From Ekhidna sp. (GTDB lineage Bacteria > Bacteroidota > Bacteroidia > Cytophagales > Cyclobacteriaceae), in the NCBI GenBank assembly GCA_013214445.1, contig JABSPG010000006.1, positions 1 to 44,331 of the forward strand: 44,331 nt of DNA, written 5' to 3'. Shown piece by piece: positions 1-6,340 of this stretch (its first letter is position 1; each line of letters starts with the position of its first letter). The notes under the pieces are model-generated. The model was not told where the DNA came from and did not search any database. It was given only the letters and a program-made list of their open reading frames with translations. The position numbers were made by a program, and so were the translations under genes.

Positions 1-1
1 C

Positions 2-214
2 CATTATTTCGCCCTGTCGCTGTTGGTCGTGAATCCATTTAGGTTTCAATCCTAAAGGTGGTTTCTCAATCCTACTGTGGCTAACAATGGTTAAATTTAA
101 TTGCTTCTCCCAGTCTTGTTTGAAGCGTAGTGGAATAGCCGTGTCTTTCAATTGCTCCCAGTTGTTCATCCAATCAATTACCGCATCTATTTGGTCTTGT
201 GTCAATGTTTTCAT
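2..214 (-). CDS. Small accessory protein, truncated at window edge (MKTLTQDQIDAVIDWMNNWEQLKDTAIPLRFKQDWEKQLNLTIVSHSRIEKPPLGLKPKWIHDQQRQGEIM...)
   Basis: Translated by hand and absent from the ORF track because it runs off the window. ATG at 214 follows an A-rich leader and the frame is open to position 2. The KPPLGLKP segment resembles a recurrent small phage protein motif. Confidence 0.75.
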   Translation of the reverse strand, partial: MKTLTQDQIDAVIDWMNNWEQLKDTAIPLRFKQDWEKQLNLTIVSHSRIEKPPLGLKPKWIHDQQRQGEIM

Positions 215-273
215 TATCTGTTAAGTTTTGTGTTTAATTAATCGCAACTCAAATTTAGCCTAGTCCGTTATGC
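79..273. repeat. attC-like imperfect inverted repeat with a long gene-containing loop (site B)
   Basis: Left arm GGCTAAC-AAT-GGTTAAATTTAATTGC (79-104) and right arm GCAACTCAAATTTAGCC-TAGTCC-GTTATGC (244-273). The arms are near-complementary with one extra base and are bounded by ...AAC and GTT... boxes. Confidence 0.7.
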
Positions 274-471
274 TCAATTAATATTCTTGGCTCTTTCTAC
301 TGTATAAAAACCAAATACATCACCTCGCATTATTCTATTTCTTTTCCCCTCAAAATCTCTTTCACTTTGGGCTAAAATTATAAAACCATCAAAATGCCTT
401 ATTATAGGTGCTCCTATCCTTTCCGTAAGTTTTGCAATAGCAATATCTACGTCTTTTTCTGTGTAAGCCAT
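274..471 (-). CDS. Hypothetical protein forming a cassette between attC-like sites A and B
   Basis: 65-aa AT-rich ORF bracketed by the perfect inverted 9-mers GTTATGCTC (267-275) and GAGCATAAC (490-498). The stop codon abuts the box. Confidence 0.75.
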   Translation of the reverse strand: MAYTEKDVDIAIAKLTERIGAPIIRHFDGFIILAQSERDFEGKRNRIMRGDVFGFYTVERAKNIN

Positions 472-491
472 AATTATCTAAATTTAAAAGA

Positions 492-556
492 GCATAACAA
501 CGTGTCATACCCCATATTCCGCTTTGCTCCATACAGAGCATACACAAGCGTTGTGG
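492..556. repeat. attC-like site A (short loop)
   Basis: GCATAAC-AAC-GTGT(C)AT ... ATACAC-AAGC-GTTGTGG, 65 bp, with an inner inverted repeat carrying one unpaired base. Confidence 0.6.
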
Positions 557-613
557 TGCAGGGGGAATCGAACCCCCATCACTGTGTGCTCATTACAGTG
601 ACCCGTCGCACTT
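553..613 (-). ncRNA. tRNA-like element 1 (T-arm plus acceptor-like stem, no D-stem)
   Basis: Minus strand reads GTGCG-ACGGG-TCACTGT(aatgagcac)ACAGTGA-T-GGGGG TTCGATT CCCCC-TGCAC-CAC. Confidence 0.65.
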
Positions 614-648
614 TGCCCTTTGGTACACCCCCGTTCTTTGCCTTATTA

Positions 649-1017
649 CTAGCCCTCACTTGCGCTCAGGTACACAGGGTAAGGGTTGCCGCTGGTGACG
701 CTAACCTTGTAGATGCAGTACGCCCCACTCTTCATCTGGTACACCTTATAACCGTCGTACTCGTGGCTTGTCTCCACGCCGATCCACACCGCGTACTCGT
801 TCCCCGTCTTTGGTGAGGTGCACTTGATGTACTTGCTACCCCCTTCGGTCTCAAACACCTTATGAACCTCCCCACCGATACTAATTGCCTCCCCTGAGTC
901 AATCCCAGCGGACACGTCAAAGCCTCCACCCTTAGACACCTTAGGTGTGAACTCCATTTGAGAAAAAGCAGCCACACTCACTAGCGTAGCTGCCACCATA
1001 ACTAATAACTTCTTCAT
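649..1017 (-). CDS. Secreted/periplasmic hypothetical protein
   Basis: N-terminal signal peptide MKKLLVMVAATLVSVAAFS followed by Gln at +1, typical of Bacteroidota SPI substrates. Confidence 0.8.
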   Translation of the reverse strand: MKKLLVMVAATLVSVAAFSQMEFTPKVSKGGGFDVSAGIDSGEAISIGGEVHKVFETEGGSKYIKCTSPKTGNEYAVWIGVETSHEYDGYKVYQMKSGAYCIYKVSVTSGNPYPVYLSASEG

Positions 1018-1048
1018 TTTACTTTGTTTGATTGGTTCGTGTTTCTTT

Positions 1049-1450
1049 TTAGTTCATTGACACAAGGTCAACCCCTTTTGTGTCCAGCTTCTCGTTCATC
1101 ACGTTCAACGTTTCAACGGCAACCATCAACGTCGGGCGCACCAGCTCTGCGTTCTTGATGCTCAGTCGAGCCTTAATGCCTGCCTGCGTCTTAAGGTCAG
1201 TACTATTCAATACCTCAAAACCGTCAACCATGACCTTCATTTCGAAGTCCTTTGATAGGCTCCAAACCGTTCCCTTCGTTCCACGTAAACGGAGTACGTT
1301 GGCTAGCTTCTCGAACTTGTTCGCCGCAATGTGTGCGCACGTTAACAAATCCTTCTCCTTCTTAATGTTGAAGCTATTCGTTGATAGCTTGCTTTCAATA
1401 GTTTCGCCCTTTACAGTACGGCGTTGGATAAATTCAATTCGTAGCTTCAT
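1049..1450 (-). CDS. Hypothetical protein
   Basis: 133-aa ORF with ATG start, A-rich leader and same strand as its neighbours. Confidence 0.8.
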   Translation of the reverse strand: MKLRIEFIQRRTVKGETIESKLSTNSFNIKKEKDLLTCAHIAANKFEKLANVLRLRGTKGTVWSLSKDFEMKVMVDGFEVLNSTDLKTQAGIKARLSIKNAELVRPTLMVAVETLNVMNEKLDTKGVDLVSMN

Positions 1451-1484
1451 AACTGTTTTACTTTTGATTGTTTAACTTTTATTT

Positions 1485-1576
1485 TGGAAGGCGTGGTGGA
1501 ATCGAACCACCAAACGGAGTAGATTTTTCATCCATACTTTATACGGGGCGTATCCCGTCCGTTAACCGTTCGCCTT
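1485..1576 (-). ncRNA. tRNA-like element 2, ending in CCA
   Basis: Minus strand reads AAGGCG-AACGGTT-AACGGA...TCCGTT-T-GGTGG TTCGATT CCACC-A-CGCCTT-CCA. Confidence 0.7.
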
Positions 1577-1579
1577 TAT

Positions 1580-2135
1580 CTGAAAATTAAATGCTTTCGC
1601 ATTTTAATGATTATCAATTAACAACCTCCTACAGTTGCTAATTTCCTTTCTTTGCATAGTATTATCACTTCTTAGTGATGCGCTGTTATTTAAACTCCAT
1701 ACACAACTTAATTCGCTAGCTATCTTCAAACCTATTACCGATTTTGCATTCCCGCGAATTGTGTACTTTCCAGACGACCTACGCAACACCGTTTGCTAAA
1801 CTAATGTTACTGCACCCTACACGCTCGAACTTTACCGTGTGCCCTATGCTGGCTACAACCAAGACCCCGACTACTTCTAGCTTCATCTAAGGTATCACCT
1901 ACAGCCTGCTTACTAGGCTTTGTCCAACTGTGGTGACTGGCATTCCATCATGTATCTTTCACTAATCTAAACGGGGTGTAGTCTACTTTTGTGTTTTTCT
2001 GACAAGGGAGCGAACCCCTTAATACGCTTACTTGAACGCTTCACCGTTCCTTCGTCTTACTTCACTCAAACTTTCAACTTGCCACCTCACCCCTCGCGGG
2101 GTGCAGGTCTGAAGGACGTTTCCTTCATTCGACAA
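1580..2135 (-). ncRNA. Candidate large structured non-coding RNA
   Basis: No convincing ORF. It lies directly downstream of a consensus promoter and has many helices, including two with GNRA loops on the minus strand (2088-2103 GCGA, 1589-1604 GAAA). Confidence 0.55.
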
Positions 2136-2137
2136 GT

Positions 2138-2167
2138 CAAAGGTACAACCATTGTTGAGAAAAACAA
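2138..2167 (-). promoter_or_regulatory. Bacteroidota sigma-A promoter driving the leftward arm
   Basis: Minus strand TTG (2167-2165), 19-nt spacer, TACCTTTG (2145-2138), matching the TTG-N19/21-TAnnTTTG consensus. Confidence 0.75.
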
Positions 2168-2182
2168 TACTAAAAATGCTTT

Positions 2183-2198
2183 TTAACATTCGTTAACA
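2183..2198. promoter_or_regulatory. TTAACA-N4-TTAACA direct-repeat box (putative transcription factor site)
   Basis: The same 10-bp-period repeat occurs at 2183-2198, 2278-2293, 3363-3378 and, reversed with one mismatch, at 24739-24754. Confidence 0.5.
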
Positions 2199-2530
2199 TT
2201 TCACCACATAAACAATAAAGGAACGCGCACGCACACGCACGCACGAATAAAGAATCCATCAAAAAAAACCAAACCAATTAACATATTTTAACATCCCCAA
2301 TTGATTCAAGGTTAGATAACCCTAAAAAAAGTATCGGAGCTAATGTAAATTGAAACTTTGGGAGGTAGAAATATCGGGACGGCATAAGCCAAAAAAGATT
2401 TTTAGACTCCCCTAAAAATAAACCTTTGGAGGCCTAAATATATGGGGGTGGATTACCCTGCTAAACCTATGGGGTTAATAGGGGGGTGGATTGTTCCCCT
2501 CCTCAAACCCCTATGAATAAAGGGATGCAG

Positions 2531-2652
2531 GCATACAATATGCGTGCATACTGTTTTCGGTGGTAGGATGACGGTGGTATGATAGCATACAATATGCGTG
2601 CATACTATTATTAAGGAGGATGCCTTAAAAGTTATTCGTCGGCGTGCATACT
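2531..2652. repeat. 22-bp direct repeat GCATACAATATGCGTGCATACT, two copies plus one partial
   Basis: Exact copies at 2531-2552 and 2585-2606, and a partial GCGTGCATACT at 2642-2652. Confidence 0.9.
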
Positions 2653-3387
2653 AAATTAGGGTAGGGGGTTAAGAATCCGTTTTCGGGATACGCGGGAGAC
2701 CTGTAGAATCAATATATAATCCCCCCACGCAACACCTAAGTTAAATTATGGGGACCTCCCCTACGGCGTAGGATCAGTTAACAATCATCCTACCTCCCAA
2801 AGTGTCTGGGGGTAACCATTTCAGTGGCAGCGGTGTTCTCCGAACAATAAGGTATGCTTGCATACGGCCAGCCATGAGTTGTGATTGTCTTGGAGGCAAT
2901 TGGTTGTTTGGAGTTAGTTACTTTAGTTATTATTGGAGCACTCAACCATTGTTCAGTGTTCAGTCACAATGAACATAATCCTTTATTGAACAGGAACCAA
3001 TTAACAATCCTTTCAACATTAAAACAATCCCATGGGTAGGTTTCAACAAAAAAATCAATAGGGTACTTGACTTTGTCAAAAAAAAAGTGTATCTTCGCAG
3101 AGTAATCACGATGTGACGCTAGAGAATGCAATGGATTATATGATGTTGTGTTTGTGTTGTTGTTGGTTGGTTATGACCATGGAGTCACTATACTATCCGA
3201 TCTGGTTGAGAGGGTGATGAATAATTAATGCACTGGTGATGTTTGTTTGTTGGTTATGTGAGTTGTTTGAATGTTAATGTTACTGATGTGTTGGTTTGAT
3301 TGTGTATGGAGGAGTGAGGGTGACAGAGTGTTACGGGGGCAAGTCTACCCTTGTGAGAAGTGTTAACATTCCTTAACACATAAACCA

Positions 3388-3418
3388 TTGACATTTAATA
3401 GATTCCGTTGTACCTTTA
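3388..3418 (+). promoter_or_regulatory. Probable sigma-A promoter for the rightward arm
   Basis: TTG (3388-3390), 20-nt spacer, TACCTTTA (3411-3418, one mismatch to TAnnTTTG). Confidence 0.55.
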
Positions 3419-3422
3419 CCTT

Positions 3423-3539
3423 ATGACGATAGACCAAATACTACCAATGGTGCTAGTGGTGATACCTTTGTGTGTTACTGTTTTTTGTTTCATGTACCAG
3501 ATGGTGAGGATCCTTTTCCAAGATCTCAGGGATTTATAA
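3423..3539 (+). CDS. Small membrane peptide, 38 aa (MTIDQILPMVLVVIPLCVTVFCFMYQMVRILFQDLRDL)
   Basis: Translated by hand. It has a single hydrophobic helix and fills the gap between the promoter and the next gene. Confidence 0.55.
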   Translation: MTIDQILPMVLVVIPLCVTVFCFMYQMVRILFQDLRDL

Positions 3540-3555
3540 TTAAAACAATAGACTA

Positions 3556-3906
3556 ATGGAATACAATGAACAACAAAGGCCTACCATAACGGAGAGGCTT
3601 AAGCCAGTGAGTGAGTACTGGGCACCACAAGGTGTTGAGTCCTACCACAGGGATGGTGAGACCAAGGTCTTGGTGAACATGAGGCACGGTGTGCTACTGA
3701 AGCAGAAGGATGCCCCTAGCTTCCGCAAGGGTGACATGTACATGAACCATGATGGGGTGAGGTACCTGGTTAAGAGTACCCTCAATGGGACCATCTACCT
3801 TGAGGGGGTGGTTGGTTATGACCTAGGGGATAGGTTACAGAACACCCCATACCTTATCCTAACCCAATATGGTTGTGCTCATGAGGAGGACTGGGCTTAT
3901 GAATAG
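3556..3906 (+). CDS. Hypothetical protein
   Basis: 116-aa ORF in a tightly packed operon. Confidence 0.8.
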   Translation: MEYNEQQRPTITERLKPVSEYWAPQGVESYHRDGETKVLVNMRHGVLLKQKDAPSFRKGDMYMNHDGVRYLVKSTLNGTIYLEGVVGYDLGDRLQNTPYLILTQYGCAHEEDWAYE

Positions 3907-4072
3907 TAAAGACAAAGCATTCATCTCGTTGATCTTGGCCATCATGTTCTCTATCGCTTCGGCATCATGCCACGAACAAGGTAGAAACTCCTACGAGGCA
4001 CTACTAGGGCTCTGGTCTATCCTCTTCCTGATCAGGGCAATAATAATCCAACTAAGAACCTATGGGGTATAA
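3899..4072 (+). CDS. Small membrane protein with two hydrophobic segments
   Basis: Likely start is ATG 3899 (MNSKDK), overlapping the upstream stop. Confidence 0.65.
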   Translation: MNSKDKAFISLILAIMFSIASASCHEQGRNSYEALLGLWSILFLIRAIIIQLRTYGV

Positions 4073-4208
4073 GAAGAAACCAGACTTGTTTGAGGGTTGT
4101 GCTATCATAGTTACTGTACTCCTCATAATCCTCATCCTTAACATTGACTACGCCGTATGGAGGCTACAGCACCCTGAGGCACCAGCATGGACATACATAC
4201 TTAAGTAA
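4062..4208 (+). CDS. Small membrane protein, 48 aa (MGYKKKPDLFEGCAIIVTVLLIILILNIDYAVWRLQHPEAPAWTYILK)
   Basis: Translated by hand. It fills the gap in the ORF track exactly and has one TM helix. Confidence 0.65.
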   Translation: MGYKKKPDLFEGCAIIVTVLLIILILNIDYAVWRLQHPEAPAWTYILK

Positions 4209-4213
4209 AGACA

Positions 4214-4516
4214 ATGGAAGAACTAACAAGGTTAATACAGGAACAACAGGACACGATCCTTCAGCTAGAGGCTGAACTAAGGAACGTTAATGGAGCCCAC
4301 GATATATCAGTGGATAGGTTCATGCAGAAGTCAAGGCAACTGGAGGCACTCAAGGATGACTATGAGGTTGACATGATAGGGTTAGCACAGTACATACTTG
4401 ATGACATGTTCATACAGGAGTCACAGGATGACGACACGGTGTACTTTGTTGTGGCTGGCACCAACCAAAGGCTGACCGCAAGTGACGTGGTTAAACACTA
4501 CCTTAATGAGGGGTAA
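4214..4516 (+). CDS. Hypothetical protein with coiled-coil N-terminus
   Basis: 100-aa ORF with operon packing. Confidence 0.8.
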   Translation: MEELTRLIQEQQDTILQLEAELRNVNGAHDISVDRFMQKSRQLEALKDDYEVDMIGLAQYILDDMFIQESQDDDTVYFVVAGTNQRLTASDVVKHYLNEG

Positions 4517-4518
4517 CC

Positions 4519-4713
4519 ATGGGTTGGATTAACTATGATGAATCCCCACCAACCAAACCTGGGAAGTACTTAGTGTTACACACATCAGGGAGGGTGGAGA
4601 TACGAGGGTTCTCCACTGGTGAGTGGGGTTCTTACTGGAAGGGGTCATCCAAGACCTCGCACTCAATTATCTACTGGATAGAAATACCAAAGCTACCGAA
4701 ATGGAACGAATAG
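4519..4713 (+). CDS. DUF551-like small phage protein
   Basis: Pattern WI...PP.KPGKYLV ... IIYWIEIPKLP is typical of this family. Confidence 0.65.
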   Translation: MGWINYDESPPTKPGKYLVLHTSGRVEIRGFSTGEWGSYWKGSSKTSHSIIYWIEIPKLPKWNE

Positions 4714-4988
4714 AAGGAATAGATTGGGAGGTGGAGCAGTGTGGGTTCAACGACCCAGACCAAACCAATTACGAGAAAGTATCATGGTGGGATTCACGGG
4801 GTAGGAAGCCAGGCGGTGGTTACGACAACTATATTGCCTCAATGATGGGTAGTGTTAAACGATACCAACGAATGAACGGCAACCCTTTTACCTTAGTGAC
4901 CAACCAAAATGGTACCTTCTGGATAAGTTACTTCAGTGACGGCTCAGCGCAAGTGTATGCCATAGAGAGCATTGATGATATATTATGA
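4701..4988 (+). CDS. Hypothetical protein
   Basis: Likely start is ATG 4701 (MERIEG), overlapping the previous gene end. Confidence 0.7.
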   Translation: MERIEGIDWEVEQCGFNDPDQTNYEKVSWWDSRGRKPGGGYDNYIASMMGSVKRYQRMNGNPFTLVTNQNGTFWISYFSDGSAQVYAIESIDDIL

Positions 4989-5014
4989 ATGAATTAAATA
5001 ACTAACTTCGCAAC

Positions 5015-5257
5015 ATGGGAGTATTAACACACATTACGATATCCATAACCCTTACGGTATGGTTATCCTCACTACTAGTCTTAATCATTGACCTTAGGAC
5101 ATCACCCAAGGTGGTTGACCACGCATACACCAAGGACCTGGCTAAGGTAATGGCAGGGTCGATTATCCCGTTCGTTAACGTGTTCTACCTGATTAGTTTT
5201 TTTCAGTACGCAGTGCTGGTTTACAATAACATCAAGGACAATGGTGAGGATCAATAA
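5015..5257 (+). CDS. Membrane protein (2 TM)
   Basis: Two hydrophobic stretches. Confidence 0.7.
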   Translation: MGVLTHITISITLTVWLSSLLVLIIDLRTSPKVVDHAYTKDLAKVMAGSIIPFVNVFYLISFFQYAVLVYNNIKDNGEDQ

Positions 5258-5450
5258 TAAAGTAATTGAATCCCTAAGGGACTTCAACGCTGAGCTGTTC
5301 GCATTGGACTCAGGCATCGTTTCCTTCACCCTTGGTGAGGAAGGGTTCATGGTAGAGACAAAGGGTGGATCATATGAGTTCATTAACCTTGACGACACAA
5401 TAGACTTCGTGGAGGACGTGATAAACGGGGATGAGACAGAAGAATACTAG
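5241..5450 (+). CDS. Hypothetical acidic protein
   Basis: 69-aa ORF overlapping its neighbours. Confidence 0.7.
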   Translation: MVRINNKVIESLRDFNAELFALDSGIVSFTLGEEGFMVETKGGSYEFINLDDTIDFVEDVINGDETEEY

Positions 5451-5787
5451 GGGGACCAAGACTTACTTAGGTCGATTGCTGATCGCTATTGACCAGCTGG
5501 GTAACGCACTTTCGGGTGGGAACGAGGACGTTACGATATCGGCTAGGCTTGGATACCTTGACCTGACGAGGAACATATGGCTCGTTAAGTTGCTGGTGAT
5601 AGTTGTTGACACAACCTTCTTACCTGTGGACGGGCCCGACCACTGCGAGCAGGCCATGATTAATGAGTTGAGTAGGGATATACGCAGGGGGTCTGACCTT
5701 GGTCTATTTGTAATGGGTCTGCTGGTGATACCAGCATGTGTGGTACTGTTGTTACCCGTTGCCATCTACTCACTGTTTGTCAAGTAG
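5431..5787 (+). CDS. Conserved phage membrane protein (IDQLGNAL.GG..D.TISAR.G family)
   Basis: Recurrent phage motif LLIAIDQLGNALSGGNEDVTISARLG ... HC with a C-terminal TM helix. Confidence 0.75.
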   Translation: MRQKNTRGTKTYLGRLLIAIDQLGNALSGGNEDVTISARLGYLDLTRNIWLVKLLVIVVDTTFLPVDGPDHCEQAMINELSRDIRRGSDLGLFVMGLLVIPACVVLLLPVAIYSLFVK

Positions 5788-5793
5788 ATTGGT

Positions 5794-5801
5794 TAAATTT
5801 G
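5794..5801 (+). promoter_or_regulatory. TAnnTTTG -7 promoter element
   Basis: TAAATTTG in the intergenic gap, 4 nt before ATG 5806. Confidence 0.6.
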
Positions 5802-5805
5802 CACT

Positions 5806-5907
5806 ATGAAGACATCCTACAAGAAGAACAAAAAAAAGAAAGCCTTGAGTAAAACAAGTCGCAAAGACCAACTTAAGTCAAGGGTGAAGTTAAAGAAGTT
5901 GAAATAA
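5806..5907 (+). CDS. Very basic 33-aa peptide (MKTSYKKNKKKKALSKTSRKDQLKSRVKLKKLK)
   Basis: Translated by hand. It starts right after the promoter element and its stop lies 1 nt before the next ATG. Confidence 0.6.
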   Translation: MKTSYKKNKKKKALSKTSRKDQLKSRVKLKKLK

Positions 5908-5908
5908 C

Positions 5909-6334
5909 ATGGCAGATCTTAACGTAACCATTACCGAGGAGGTCTCGGTGAACGAGAAGGACTACGGCAACACCAATAACGTAACCATCACAGGCGTGAG
6001 CGAGGTGAACCAGAGGGTAGTTAGTGTAGGGGTATCTGAACAAACACTGGTGTTGTTCGCGGCATCCGCTGCCGCAGGAACAGTCCCAGATGGTGACGCT
6101 AAGTACGTAAGGATGACTAACATGGATAGCACCAACTTCATCACTATAAGGGTGCTCGGGACGAGCGAGGAGTACTTCATGCGTTTGGACGCAGGGAAGA
6201 GCGTTATGTGGGGGAACGACCAGATGGATGCTAACGCGACAGGCTTGCAATCAGTGTCGCTATCAAACATGGAATCGATAAAGGGGGCTGCGGATACAGC
6301 CACCTGTAAACTGGAATTATTCATAGCATACTAA
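5909..6334 (+). CDS. Probable virion structural beta-sandwich protein
   Basis: Thr/Val/Ser-rich and shares motifs with 19111-19506 and 19506-19904. Confidence 0.65.
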   Translation: MADLNVTITEEVSVNEKDYGNTNNVTITGVSEVNQRVVSVGVSEQTLVLFAASAAAGTVPDGDAKYVRMTNMDSTNFITIRVLGTSEEYFMRLDAGKSVMWGNDQMDANATGLQSVSLSNMESIKGAADTATCKLELFIAY

Positions 6335-6340
6335 GAAAGA

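Noticed and set aside
22-85. GTTGGTC...GGCTAAC as a further mini-cassette
   Set aside because: Complementarity depends on several G-T pairs and the segment lies within a plausible continuous coding region. It cannot be judged at the window edge.
394-816. 140-aa + strand ORF from the track
   Set aside because: It is antisense to two better minus-strand genes and crosses the attC-like and tRNA-like elements, so it is a shadow ORF.
553-1576. Calling the GGTTCGATTCC elements canonical tRNAs or tmRNA
   Set aside because: They lack a D-stem, a 7-nt anticodon loop and a tag reading frame. Only the T-arm and an acceptor-like stem are present.
1604-2186. Short ORFs 1604-1789 (-) and 1989-2186 (+)
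   Set aside because: Non-ATG starts, no leader and no protein-like features. The region is better explained as structured RNA plus a promoter.
2531-2652. Possible CRISPR mini-array (22-bp repeat, 32-nt spacer)
   Set aside because: Only two full copies, the third is partial, the repeat is short and there are no cas genes. It fits iterated protein-binding sites better.
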